From the NCBI GenBank assembly GCA_963819655.1, contig CAWFXA010000002.1, forward strand, positions 960,001 through 1,024,000: a DNA stretch of 64,000 bases, in the 5' to 3' direction. Of the stretch, positions 28,171 to 38,521 are shown piece after piece. A program made the position numbers and the translations under genes. This DNA comes from an uncultured Chloroflexia bacterium. GTDB taxonomy: Bacteria; Chloroflexota; Limnocylindria; Limnocylindrales; CSP1-4. A model generated the notes under the pieces. It was not told where the DNA came from. It was given only the letters and a program-made list of their open reading frames with translations, and did no database searches. Position 1 is the stretch's first letter, and each line of letters opens with the position of its first letter.

Positions 28171-28398
28171 ATGACGACGATGCGCGAGGCGCTCGAGCGG
28201 GCAATGGGACGGACACCCGACAACCAGATGATGCGGCAGCTCGAGGAGGGCGGCCTGGCCGTTGTCGACGTCGACTCGATGAGCCAGGCGATCCATGACG
28301 TGTATTGCGGGATCATGGCCGACCACTCGCACCCGAACGAGAAGGACAAGGACCAGGCTCGCTCGATGATCGCCGCGCTCCAGAAGGTGTCAGCCTGA
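28171..28398 (+). CDS. Small hypothetical protein
   Basis: GGGAGG RBS; helical protein with an HDVYC...DHSH cluster. Confidence 0.6.
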   Translation: MTTMREALERAMGRTPDNQMMRQLEEGGLAVVDVDSMSQAIHDVYCGIMADHSHPNEKDKDQARSMIAALQKVSA

Positions 28399-28505
28399 TC
28401 GAAGCCTTGGGCCGCGACAGAGCTGCGGGCCCATGACCATCGTGCGTCCGCAGGCACGACCGATGGGTCTGGCATAACCGGCCACGCAGTCCCCACACTC
28501 AGCCG

Positions 28506-28781
28506 ATGCGCCGTCGAGTCGTTGCCGCTACGGTCGCCGCCGCGTTCGCCGATGAACGCGCCGCGAGCTACGCCGTCAAACTGATCGCCTCGTCGCCCGA
28601 GATCGACGTGCGGTTCAAGCTCCGCCGCGTCCTCGGCGAGCGGGACGAGATCCAGATGGTGGTCCTCGAGGCGTCGCTCACCAACGCCGCGCAGGCGGAT
28701 CGGGTCGAGACGTGCATGGCCGGAGCTCACGGCTCGATCATCCCGGCCGAGATCGTGGCGCAGGCAGCCCGGGCGAGCTAG
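28506..28781 (+). CDS. Hypothetical protein
   Basis: Coding-like GC3 bias; CACACT a few nt before ATG. Confidence 0.5.
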   Translation: MRRRVVAATVAAAFADERAASYAVKLIASSPEIDVRFKLRRVLGERDEIQMVVLEASLTNAAQADRVETCMAGAHGSIIPAEIVAQAARAS

Positions 28782-28795
28782 CGCGCTCCTGGAGG

Positions 28796-29746
28796 CTATC
28801 CGCTCGGCGCAGGTGACGGGGTCGGGAAGGGCGGGCTCACGCTGTTTGAATCGGCGAATCGATCGTAGAGCCGGTCCCAAAGGGACACGTAGACGCGCGA
28901 GGGTGGGGCCGTCCCGCGCGCCACGGCAAACCAGATACCGGTCAGGCCCTGCGGATCTCCGAGGGCACAGAAGCCGTAGATCCGATCCTCGATATCCGCG
29001 TCGACGATGTCGACCCAGGTCCGACTAGCGTTGTCGTTCAGGCCGCACGGCTCGAGGTCCGGCGCCGCTGCGAAGAGCTCAGCTGGGTAGTCGGCCCAGT
29101 TCGCCACGCTCAGGTCGTACGAGGTGTATGGGTTGCCATCCGACCCGATGTAATCCTCTGTTCCGTCGAATTGCAGGTGGGGAACAGGGAGGTCGGGCAC
29201 GTCGGGCTCGGGCACAGGATCCGTGTCGATCTCGCCCCAGTCGATCCATGGCTCACCGTCGTGGTCCGCGGCCGCGACCCAACCGGACATGATCCCGCCG
29301 CGGAGGGAGGGGCCATCCTCCAGGTGCACCCGGTACCACCAGTATCCCGACCCTGCCACGGGTCCGGCGAGGACGCGAAGATATGTGCCGACCTTGAGCA
29401 GCGGCTCGTACTTCACGGAGTCGGAGCTCACGCGTGGTTTGGACCGGACCCGGATATCGTCGGACACGGTGACAAGCAGGGCCTCGGGCGCGAACGGAGG
29501 CCTCGGGCCGATCGTCGGGCTTCGCGCCGGTGCTCCGGGGCTTGGCTCAAATCCTGGGTGGACCGACATCCGGGCGGACGGCGCGGCGACCGAAGGTACG
29601 GTCGATCCGAGGTCTCCGACCGCCGAGGGATCGGGAGGAAAGGGCTCGATCGCTCCTGGATCCGAGGCGGACGGCCTCGGCGATGGCTGGGCGCAGCCGG
29701 CGATCACGGTCGCAAGAACCAGGATCGAGCCGATACGTCGCACCAT
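28796..29746 (-). CDS. Hypothetical lipoprotein with SH3-like domain
   Basis: Lipobox IAGC; IRVRSKP...L..G....VLAGPV..SGYWWY.V...GWVAA (SH3b-like). Confidence 0.7.
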   Translation of the reverse strand: MVRRIGSILVLATVIAGCAQPSPRPSASDPGAIEPFPPDPSAVGDLGSTVPSVAAPSARMSVHPGFEPSPGAPARSPTIGPRPPFAPEALLVTVSDDIRVRSKPRVSSDSVKYEPLLKVGTYLRVLAGPVAGSGYWWYRVHLEDGPSLRGGIMSGWVAAADHDGEPWIDWGEIDTDPVPEPDVPDLPVPHLQFDGTEDYIGSDGNPYTSYDLSVANWADYPAELFAAAPDLEPCGLNDNASRTWVDIVDADIEDRIYGFCALGDPQGLTGIWFAVARGTAPPSRVYVSLWDRLYDRFADSNSVSPPFPTPSPAPSG

Positions 29747-29825
29747 CGTGCCCTCCGCCCTAGGATGTCAGCACAGTCCAAGACGCCCGGGCAGGTGAAC
29801 TGTTGCAGTCACCGGTTGGACCGCC

Positions 29826-30395
29826 CTACGCGGTCTGCAACCGCTGGTGGATGCCGCGCAAGCGCCAGCCGAGCATGATCAGCAGGATCCCGAACGCGAT
29901 CGCGAAGCCGCCGATGATCCACACGATCGTGAGTGCCCCGGCCGCCGGGAACAGGAACAGCAGCACACCGAAAACGATCGACAGCACGCCCGCGATCGCC
30001 AGCCAGAGCTCGCCGGTGATCTGCTCACGGAGCCTGATCGCCAGGACGATCTCGATGACACCGGTCACGATCGACCACGCCGAGATGAGCAGCAGCAGCG
30101 CACGGGCCGCGATGTCCGGGAAGGCCAGGGCCAACAGCCCGACGATGATGCCGACGATGCCTTCGAGGATCGTCAACCACCACGACCGATCCATGGTCCG
30201 ATGCCGGATCGCGGCAACGATGTCGAACATCCCGTCGACAAGCGCCCAGGCGCCGAACAGCAGGACCAGCGCCGCGATCGTCACCGGTGGCGAGATGAAC
30301 GCGATGACTCCGAAGAGGATCGCCAGCACCCCCCGCAGGATGAACGTCCACCACCAGCGCGAGAGCTCCGCCGTCGTGGCGATGCCGATCGTCAT
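29826..30395 (-). CDS. HdeD/DUF308 family membrane protein
   Basis: WWTFILRGVLAILFG repeat units and GA.ALVDG; GAGGAG RBS. Confidence 0.9.
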   Translation of the reverse strand: MTIGIATTAELSRWWWTFILRGVLAILFGVIAFISPPVTIAALVLLFGAWALVDGMFDIVAAIRHRTMDRSWWLTILEGIVGIIVGLLALAFPDIAARALLLLISAWSIVTGVIEIVLAIRLREQITGELWLAIAGVLSIVFGVLLFLFPAAGALTIVWIIGGFAIAFGILLIMLGWRLRGIHQRLQTA

Positions 30396-30499
30396 GTCAC
30401 CGATCTCCTCACCCCCAGCGGCCGGGTCGCGCGCCACCCACCCGCGCAGATGCTACGCCCCGTGTCGCGCGTCGCCGTTGGTGGCACCCTTGCCTCGAC

Positions 30500-30934
30500 A
30501 TGACAGGAGGCCCATTCGTCCAAAGGTTCCCGATCGAGCTCGGCCGTCGGTCCCGTCCGCTGCTTCGTGTCCTGTTCGGCGTTCGCCCGGACCGTGCATA
30601 CGTCCACCTCGATGAGAATCTCGACGCGCGGTTCGGCTTCGGTCACCTGCGGACGCCGCTCAGTAACGTCGTCTCGTGGCGGATCGAAGGGCCGTGGCTG
30701 TGGATCACCGCCATCGGCATCCGACGGAGCATCCGCCACGGCGACTTCACATTCGCTGGAACCCACCGCTGCGGCGTACGCCTGGATTTCCGGGAGCGGG
30801 TCCGGGCCATGGGTTTCCGGGTCCCCGCCCTGTACGTGACCGTCGAGGATCCCGCGGCGTTCACGGCGGCCCTGACCGCGCGCGGCATCCCCGGAGAGGA
30901 TGCCCGGGGCACTCCTGCTGCCGGGTCCGCCTAG
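30500..30934 (+). CDS. Hypothetical protein (PH-like fold probable)
   Basis: ARFGF..LRTPLSNV and LYVTVEDP. Confidence 0.65.
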   Translation: MTGGPFVQRFPIELGRRSRPLLRVLFGVRPDRAYVHLDENLDARFGFGHLRTPLSNVVSWRIEGPWLWITAIGIRRSIRHGDFTFAGTHRCGVRLDFRERVRAMGFRVPALYVTVEDPAAFTAALTARGIPGEDARGTPAAGSA

Positions 30935-30999
30935 CTCGGCTCGCGCCGATGCGCAACCACCGGTCGACAACGGCGGCGCGGCGCTAGCATCGCCGCGAT

Positions 31000-32682
31000 A
31001 TGGCCCGGCAATTCGATTACATCATCGTCGGCGGTGGATCGGCGGGTTCGGTGCTGGCAAACCGCCTCACCGAGGACCCGCAGACGCGCGTTCTCGTGCT
31101 GGAAGCCGGGCGCTCCGACTGGCGGATCGACCCCTTCATCCACATGCCGGCGGCGCTCACGTTTCCGATCGGCAGCCGGTTCTACGACTGGCGCTACGAA
31201 TCCGAGCCCGAGCCGTTCATGCACGGCCGTCGGATCTTCCACGCGCGCGGCAAGGTCCTTGGGGGCAGCAGCAGCATCAACGGTCAGATCTTCCAGCGCG
31301 GCAACCCACTCGATTTCGAGCGCTGGGCGGCCGATCCGGGTATGGAGACGTGGGACTTCGCCCATTGCCTGCCCTATTTCAAGAAGATGGAGACCGCGCT
31401 CGCCGCGGCTCCGGACGATCCGTGGCGCGGTCACCGCGGGCCGCTCGTCGTCGAGCGCGGACCGGCCACCAACTCGTTGTTCGCGGCGTTCTTCGACGCA
31501 GCACGGGAGGCGGGCTACTCGCGGACCGACGACGTCAACGGCTACCGGCAGGAAGGCTTCGCCGCGTTCGACCGGAACATCCATCGCGGTCGGCGGCTCA
31601 GCGCGGCACGCGCGTACCTCCACCCGATCCTGCGCAGCCGCGGGAACCTCGCCGTGTGGACGCAGCGATTCGTGACCCGGGTGCTGTTCCAGGGATCACG
31701 CGCGATCGGGGTGGAGGTCGCCCGCGGGCCGCGCGGACGCGGGGGTGTCGAGCGGTTGACGGCCGGTGAGGTCATCCTCGCCGGTGGCGCCATCAACAGC
31801 CCGCAGTTGCTGCTGCTCTCGGGGATCGGCGCGGCGGCCGACCTCGGCCAGCTCAGGATCCCGGTGGTCGCCGACCGGCCGGGCGTGGGCCGCAACCTGC
31901 AGGATCATCTCGAGGTCTACGTCCAGCACCAGAGCCTCAAGGCTGTGTCCATGCAGCCGTCGGCGACGGAGCTCTGGCGACGGCCCTTCATCGGCGCCCG
32001 GTGGCTGTTCCTGCGCTCGGGACCCGGCGCCACCAACCACTTCGAAGGCGGCGGGTTCGTCCGCTCGAATGACGATGTCACCTACCCGAACCTGATGTTC
32101 CACTTCCTGCCGCTCGCGATCCGCTACGACGGCTCGGCAGGGGCGACGGGACACGGCTATCAGGTCCACGTCGGGCCGATGTACTCGGATGCGCGCGGGA
32201 CGCTGACCCTGAAGAGCACAGATCCGCGCGAGCATCCCGCCCTCCGGTTCAATTACCTGTCGACCGAGCAGGACCGGCGCGAATGGGTCGAGGCGATCCA
32301 CGTCGCGCGCTCGATCCTGGGTCGATCGGCGATGGCCGAGTTCGACGGTGGCGAGACGTCACCCGGGCCGTCGGTCGAGACCGACGAGCAGATCCTCGAT
32401 TGGGTGGGGCGCGACGCGGAGACCGCTCTGCACCCGTCGTGCACCGCACGGATGGGCGTGGACGATGCCTCTGTGGTCGATCCGCTCACGATGCGGGTCC
32501 ACGGTGTCGAGGGGCTGCGACTGGTCGACGCGTCAGCGATGCCCTACGTCACCAACGCCAACATCTACGCGCCGGTGATGATGCTGGCCGAGAAGGCCGC
32601 GGACCTGATCGCGGGGAACACGCCGCTGCCGCCGGAGCCGCTTCCGTACTACCGGCACGGGATATCACCACCGCCGGACTGA
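31000..32682 (+). CDS. betA: Choline dehydrogenase (GMC oxidoreductase)
   Basis: [45 protein letters not shown] and IHMPAAL. Confidence 0.88.
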   Translation: MARQFDYIIVGGGSAGSVLANRLTEDPQTRVLVLEAGRSDWRIDPFIHMPAALTFPIGSRFYDWRYESEPEPFMHGRRIFHARGKVLGGSSSINGQIFQRGNPLDFERWAADPGMETWDFAHCLPYFKKMETALAAAPDDPWRGHRGPLVVERGPATNSLFAAFFDAAREAGYSRTDDVNGYRQEGFAAFDRNIHRGRRLSAARAYLHPILRSRGNLAVWTQRFVTRVLFQGSRAIGVEVARGPRGRGGVERLTAGEVILAGGAINSPQLLLLSGIGAAADLGQLRIPVVADRPGVGRNLQDHLEVYVQHQSLKAVSMQPSATELWRRPFIGARWLFLRSGPGATNHFEGGGFVRSNDDVTYPNLMFHFLPLAIRYDGSAGATGHGYQVHVGPMYSDARGTLTLKSTDPREHPALRFNYLSTEQDRREWVEAIHVARSILGRSAMAEFDGGETSPGPSVETDEQILDWVGRDAETALHPSCTARMGVDDASVVDPLTMRVHGVEGLRLVDASAMPYVTNANIYAPVMMLAEKAADLIAGNTPLPPEPLPYYRHGISPPPD

Positions 32683-32729
32683 GACGTCCTAGCCGCGGGC
32701 CGGGCCTGCGCCGGCGCGGCACCGTTCGA

Positions 32730-32755
32730 CGTCCGGGCGCCCGGGCGCCCGGACG
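32730..32755. terminator. Perfect 26-bp GC palindrome between convergent genes (putative bidirectional terminator)
   Basis: CGTCCGGGCGCCC-GGGCGCCCGGACG; no U-tract. Confidence 0.45.
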
Positions 32756-32763
32756 CGGCGTTC

Positions 32764-33108
32764 CTACTTGGCCGGCAGCGTCTTGCCGTGGTCGATGGCG
32801 CGCCGGATCCAGGCGTCGAGCTGTCCGTCGTCGTCCACGACGTCGGTCGGCAGCGTGGCGTAGCCCTTCATCGGTTTGCCGGGCATGGGCTCGAACGGGC
32901 CGGCACCGGGCAGCGCCAGGAGCGCCGTTCGGTCGTCGTCGGCGAGGCGGATCATCCACGACCGGGCGAACAGGCCGGTCACGAGATTGCCGCCCACGAA
33001 CAGGGCCGGATAGCCGAACATCTTGCGTCGGACAGCCTCGGGGAACCGCTCCGCGGTTGCGTCAAATCGCTCCACGAGCTCGGGTGGTGACTTCTCGAAC
33101 GTCGGCAT
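32764..33108 (-). CDS. TfoX/Sxy N-terminal domain protein
   Basis: RKMFGYPA.FV.GN, FEPMPGKPMKGY and W...A......LP.K. Confidence 0.88.
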   Translation of the reverse strand: MPTFEKSPPELVERFDATAERFPEAVRRKMFGYPALFVGGNLVTGLFARSWMIRLADDDRTALLALPGAGPFEPMPGKPMKGYATLPTDVVDDDGQLDAWIRRAIDHGKTLPAK

Positions 33109-33141
33109 GCCGGCGACCTCCAGACGACGACCAGCGTAGCG

Positions 33142-34053
33142 TCAAATGGCCTCGATGCGCCGCGGCGCGAGGCGCGGACCGTAGCGCGGCGCGCGCACCC
33201 CGCTGAGCTCCAGCAGACGGACCACCAGCGCGCGCCGTCCCCGGTACGGCTCGAGGAGCTCGAGCATCCGCGTATCCGTCGCTCGCGGTTCGCCGGCCAG
33301 CGCGAACGCGACGAGATGTGGCAGATGGAAGTCGCCGACGCTCACCGCGTCCACGTCGCCGAGGGCTCGGACACCGACCTCCGCCGCGGTCCACGGCCCG
33401 ATGCCCGGCACCGCTTGGAGACGCCGATAGCCGTCGGCGAACGGCATGTCGACGATCGCTTCGAACGTCGACGCGCGCCGCGAGATCGCCCGGATGAGGT
33501 CGGCACGACGTCGCTCGACCCCGAGCGTGTGGTACGACCAGTAGGGCAGCGCCGCGAGCGTCGCCGGCGCGGGTAGCACCCGGAGGCCGAGCTCCGCTGG
33601 ACCCGGCGCCGGCTCGCCGTAGCGCCGGACGAGGCCGTGCCATGCGCGATGGGCCTCGGTGCCGGTCACCTTCTGCTCGAGGATCGCCGCGATCAGCGAC
33701 GGGAAGACCGCCCCCGTCCGCAGGATCCGGATGCCGGGCCGCCGACGGGACAGTCCGGCGATGACGGGGTCCGCCGTGTCTCCGAGGCTCTCTGTCCCGG
33801 TGCTGAAGAGCGCCGGGACCGCCTCGAGGGCGCGATCCGCGCCAGGGCCCCACCCGTCAGCCGTCAACCGACGGCCCGCGACGGTCAAGCCGAGCGTCGC
33901 GATGCCGTCCCGGGTCCTGGTCGCGATCCAGGCCCTCCCCGACGCGAGGCGGATCGTCCGGTCACCGTGTCCGCGCACGAGTGGGCCGAGCGACGCTGAC
34001 AAGTCGAGTGGGCCATCCAGGGCGAATTGAATGCGGGCATCCGGCAGCTGCAC
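33142..34053 (-). CDS. AlkA-like HhH-GPD DNA-3-methyladenine glycosylase family protein
   Basis: AILEQKVT, HhH motif LQAVPGIGPWTA and GDVDAVSVGDFH. Confidence 0.88.
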   Translation of the reverse strand: MQLPDARIQFALDGPLDLSASLGPLVRGHGDRTIRLASGRAWIATRTRDGIATLGLTVAGRRLTADGWGPGADRALEAVPALFSTGTESLGDTADPVIAGLSRRRPGIRILRTGAVFPSLIAAILEQKVTGTEAHRAWHGLVRRYGEPAPGPAELGLRVLPAPATLAALPYWSYHTLGVERRRADLIRAISRRASTFEAIVDMPFADGYRRLQAVPGIGPWTAAEVGVRALGDVDAVSVGDFHLPHLVAFALAGEPRATDTRMLELLEPYRGRRALVVRLLELSGVRAPRYGPRLAPRRIEAI

Positions 34054-34139
34054 ACGCCGAGTCTGTCATGGATCCGAGAGGGTCGCGGGGCGGTGCGCGC
34101 AAGCAACGAAATGCCATTCGATGGTACAGTCGGCTAGAC

Positions 34140-34745
34140 GTGCGACGCCCCAGGGTGGTCGCGAACATGGCGCTCATCGCCGTGGTCGCCACGGTCGCCG
34201 TCCCCGGATCGGTGGGTTCCTGGTTCCCAAGCCCGAATGGAACCCCCTCCGACGATCACTTCGCGGACGTGGAGATGGTCGCGGCTGTCCGTGGGCCGGT
34301 GTCGACCCCCTTGCCCCTCGATCCGGGGGCCCGATCAGACGGGAACCTGGATCAAGGCTCGAAGCTGTTCGAGCCGAACATCGCGAATGAGCCAACCCAG
34401 GCTCGGCCGGAGGCTGCCCAGCCCGAGGCCTCGCCCGTTGTCGTGGCCAAGCCAAGCTGGCGCCTCGACCGCAACGTGTCGTGGTACGGCCCTGGCTTCT
34501 ACGGCAAGCGGACGGCGTGTGGCCTCGCGATGACCAAGACGCTGGTCGGCGTCGCCCATCGGACATTGCCGTGCGGCACGAAGATCACCTTCAAGAACCC
34601 CGCCAATGGCCGGACCGTGACCGCTCCCGTTGTCGACCGCGGGCCGTACGTCAGCGGACGGCAATGGGACCTGACCGGCGGGTTGTGCCAGCGCCTCGAT
34701 CACTGCCAGACGGGTGCGCTGTACTGGCGGCCAACCAGCCGCTGA
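34140..34745 (+). CDS. RlpA-family (DPBB) lytic transglycosylase-like secreted protein
   Basis: SWYGPGFYGKRTACG, VAHRTLPCGT and VVDRGPY...R.WDL; start uncertain (34140 or 34167). Confidence 0.88.
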   Translation: MRRPRVVANMALIAVVATVAVPGSVGSWFPSPNGTPSDDHFADVEMVAAVRGPVSTPLPLDPGARSDGNLDQGSKLFEPNIANEPTQARPEAAQPEASPVVVAKPSWRLDRNVSWYGPGFYGKRTACGLAMTKTLVGVAHRTLPCGTKITFKNPANGRTVTAPVVDRGPYVSGRQWDLTGGLCQRLDHCQTGALYWRPTSR

Positions 34746-34829
34746 TCGAAGTCCTGCCCGGTCATTGTCCGCCACCGCCCGAGGATAGCCGCCGGAACGG
34801 CTACCCCCGGAGCAGGTGGCTGACGCTCG

Positions 34830-37191
34830 TCAGCGAAGGACGAAGATCTGGTCGAGCACGACGCCCGGGTGACCGGACGTCCCCACCACCACGATCCGGA
34901 TCGAGTGGTTCCCGACAGCCGCCCAGGACCGCACGAAGACCATCTTGCGATCGGTCACCGTGGCGGCGTTGAGGTTGACGGTCTTGATCAGCGAGCCGTC
35001 GATGTAGACGCGGGCCGACCCGTACGTCGGGCCGGTGCGGCTGAGCCAGGCGACACGGTTGCCGTTGAAGGCGAGGGTCGCCGATCGGCCGGCCACGGAG
35101 CCGACCCGAGCCTTGCCGCCGACATACACCGGTGACGTGGACAGACCCCACGTGCCGCTGTACTTCACCGCGGTGCTCGATTCGCTGTAGCTGATCGTCC
35201 TGAACGTCGGGCCTGTCCGGTAGGCGCTGTAGTTTGCGCCGTCGAAGGCGCGGACCCGGAACCGATAGTTGTGGGCCGAGTTGCTCAGGTCGATCGAGTA
35301 GCCGTTCGTCGGCGGATTGGCGACGGTGGCGAACGCGCCGCCATCGATCGAGCGCTGAAGCTCGTAGCTCTGGACGCCGATGTTGTCGGTACTGGCCGTC
35401 CAGGTGATGCGCACGGGGACCCCGTACCGGCCCGAACCGAAGAGCGTGTGGGCCGGCACGCCGGGCGTGCTCGGCGCGATGGGGTCGCTCGTGTCGACCG
35501 TGATCGTGTCGTTCGCGACGCTCGACCAGTTGCCGGCGGCATCGCGCCACTGGACGTAGACGGTCTTGACGCCGTCACCGGCAGTGAGCGTCCACGCGAC
35601 CGGCGTGCCGTACACGAAGGTCGAGCTGCTGCTCATGTCGGAGTTGTTCGACAGCTTCACGAGACTGAGGCCAGTCCCGGCGTCGGTCGCGGGGACCGCG
35701 ACCGCGGCAGCCTGGCTGCTCGTCGTGGCCGCGCCGCCGTTGATCGAGACCGTGCCGGTGGGCGCGGTGCTATCGCTGGCCGGGAGGTCCATGACGTTGT
35801 GGAGGTAGACCCTGGCATTGCCACCGGCCGACGACGTCAGATTGTTGGCGATCACGGCGATGCCGCTGGTGGACGTCACCGTCTGCTTCGTCGTGGACGG
35901 GTCGTCGATCAGCGTCTCGGTGGCGCTCTTGATGAACGGGGTACCGCGCTGGATGGTCTGGTCGGCAGCCCCGCGGAACTTGAAGGCCTCAGGGCCTGTG
36001 AGCGGGGCGGACTTCACGTAGACGGTCCCGCCGCCGTTCGGCGAGGTCAGGAACACGTACGCGACCTCGAGCTGCTCGCTGATCGCGATCTGGGGTCGGG
36101 TGTTGCAGTCGCCGACGGTGCCGGCGAGGTGGGTCGACCACGTCCCTCCAGCGGTTCGCTGGAAGAACTCGACCAGCGGGTGCTGCTTGCCGGTCGCGCA
36201 GTTCAGCGTATCGCGGCCGGTCTTCCCGACCATGAACACGCGGCCGTCGCTGGTCTTCTTGAGGTTGATGTGGTTGTCGGCGATCTGGGTGTTGCCCACC
36301 TGGTTCAGGGTCGGCAGCTTCTCGAGCGACCAGCTGCCCGCGAGCGTCGGGTCGGCCACACCGGCATCCGCCACGGCGAAGTAGTAGCCGTTGTCGGCGC
36401 CCACGGACGCGCCGGAATCGTCCTGGTCGCTCCAGGCGACGCCGATCTTGGTGCCGAACGAGATGACGCTCGCGATATCGCTATCGACGAGCCCGTTCGA
36501 GTTGATCGGGTTGCCGACTTGCGCGGGGAGTTGCGCAGGGAGGCTCCAGTTGACGCCGTCATCGTCGGAATAGCTGTACATGACGGTCGTGCCCTTCGCC
36601 CAGACGAGCCACAGGCGGTTGCTCGAGTCCTTCTCGATCGTCACGGAATACGCGCCGCCGCGGAAAGCCGGCGTAGGCTGTGCTCGCGGTTCCGGCGATC
36701 GACTTGATGCCCCCGACCTGCGTGTAGGCCCCAGCCGCATACGTGTACTTGAAGAAGCGGATGTCGTCCGGGGTGGCCGGCACCGCGAAGGGCGACGACG
36801 TGTTGACGGGCGGGACCGAGGCGACGTAGAGGGTGCTCGCGCCCTGGTCCCACAGGTAATCGGCGTGCGACGTATCTCGGCCATCGACGATGGTGGTCGT
36901 GGCCGTCCATCCGGTCTTGTCCGCCGTGAGCTTCCAGATGCGGTAGTCCGAGATCGACGGCGAGACGCTGTACCGGAACATGCCGGCCCACCAGCTGCCA
37001 TCCGCGAACCAGGTCTTGGACTGCGGCTTGTCACTGGACGGCCGGAAGGCGCCGCCGCCGTAGGCGTGGTCGCGGTAGCCCACCGTGACCGGCGTCCCCG
37101 CAAGGACGGAGCCGGATGCGAGGATGGCGGCCAGGCCGATGGACGTGAGGACCGTCGCGAGGCGACGACCAGAGCGCAACGCATGAGTCAT
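34830..37191 (-). CDS. Large secreted protein (BNR/propeller-like N-terminus, Ig/FN3 domains); one frameshift near 36675
   Basis: Signal peptide, KPQSKTWF, BNR-like SDDDGVNWS, DSTAPTGTVSINGGA and FN3 W.ASTDN.GV..Y; coding split over two frames. Confidence 0.78.
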
Positions 37192-37273
37192 GGATCGAGG
37201 AACCCCCACAGATGATGGCGTGCGTCCCACACCCGGTAGGACTTTCGTCGCCGTTCCGCAACGGGCGACAGGG

Positions 37274-38233
37274 CTAGTCAGGATACGCGACTCGTCCAGA
37301 ATGGGGGCCGGCCCCGACATCCTTTCCGGTGACCGACGGCAACGCGGACCCCGCCCGTCGTGCGGTCCGAACCAGCTCCACTGCGGCCGCGATCACCAGA
37401 TCGGGGCGGTCGGCCTGGATGATGTGACCGGCACCCCACGCGATCTCGTATCGCACGTGTCCGGGAGAGAGCGAACCGTATCCCTGTTCCCACGCGCTGG
37501 CGATCGCCTCGTTCGTCGGGCCGTCGAGACGCGGTTCCTCGCGCGCCGCCCGGAGCACGACGATCGGCAATCCGGACACGTCGGCGGCGCGAAGCTGGGC
37601 CTCGGATGTCGGCCAGTCGAGGTCCTCGACACCGGCCACGAGATCCCGCAGCTGCTGAGCGCGCTGTTCGTACTCGGGTCGAAGGTCGCCGAGGAGCGGA
37701 TGGATCCAATCGACCTCGAGATCGACGCTGAAGCCATCGACGAGGACGAGGCCGGCGACATCGGCCCGGTGGCGGTGCGCGAAGACGCGCGCGTAGACCT
37801 CACCGAGCGAATGCCCGATGGCGATGAATGGCGGCGACTCGCCGGCGACCTCCAGGAGGTCGTGCAGATCGTCGGTCGCGTTGGCGACGGTGTGGCGCCC
37901 GCGTCCGTCGCTCGACCCGCGACCCGCCCGGTCGTAGGCGCAGGTGCGCGTGGTGGCCGCCATCCCGTCGTGCACGGCCGTCCAGCCGGCGACGCCGTCA
38001 CCCATCCCGGCCTCGAGGACGATCGTCGGCGACCCCGTGCCCCGACAATCGAGGTACAGAGACCGCCCGCCGAGGTCGATGCGCTCACCCTGCCCGATGG
38101 CGACCGGTCCGAGCCGGTGGCGCGCAAGCCATGCCCCGGGACCGCCGACACGGGCGATATCGATGAGGAGTGCCAGGACCAGCCCGACCACGACCGCGAG
38201 CAGCAGACGCGACGGCTGGCGAAGGACGGCCAT
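37274..38233 (-). CDS. Alpha/beta-fold hydrolase with N-terminal TM
   Basis: C.YDRAG.G.S, nucleophile GHSLG and GAGH.IQ.DRP. Confidence 0.88.
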   Translation of the reverse strand: MAVLRQPSRLLLAVVVGLVLALLIDIARVGGPGAWLARHRLGPVAIGQGERIDLGGRSLYLDCRGTGSPTIVLEAGMGDGVAGWTAVHDGMAATTRTCAYDRAGRGSSDGRGRHTVANATDDLHDLLEVAGESPPFIAIGHSLGEVYARVFAHRHRADVAGLVLVDGFSVDLEVDWIHPLLGDLRPEYEQRAQQLRDLVAGVEDLDWPTSEAQLRAADVSGLPIVVLRAAREEPRLDGPTNEAIASAWEQGYGSLSPGHVRYEIAWGAGHIIQADRPDLVIAAAVELVRTARRAGSALPSVTGKDVGAGPHSGRVAYPD

Positions 38234-38251
38234 GCGCCCTACCGTAGCGGC

Positions 38252-38521
38252 ATGTGCCGGAGCATCAAGACCCTCCGTCGTCCGGGTGAAGTGGCGACGA
38301 CCGGAGAGCTGGAGGCCGCCGCCCGCCAGTTCGTCCGCAAGCTGAGCGGCTACCGCGAGCCGAGCGCGCGCAACCAGGACGCGTTCGACGCAGCGATCCA
38401 GGAGGTCGCCGCCGCGAGCCGCCGGCTCGTCGAGGCGATCGGCGTCGATGTGGAGGTCGGGCCCGACCGCTGGAAGCCCGGAAGCGGCACCGCCCGGACG
38501 CGCCCCCGCGCCCTCGCATGA
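38252..38521 (+). CDS. DUF2277 family protein
   Basis: MCRSIKTL...E..AAA.QFVRKLSG...PS..N..AF. Confidence 0.88.
   Translation: MCRSIKTLRRPGEVATTGELEAAARQFVRKLSGYREPSARNQDAFDAAIQEVAAASRRLVEAIGVDVEVGPDRWKPGSGTARTRPRALA

Noticed and set aside
37192-37275. c-di-GMP-I riboswitch (GGGACGCAC resembling GGGACGCAAAGC)
   Set aside because: Lacks the GGCAAAC element and the GNRA-capped P2 in the right arrangement.
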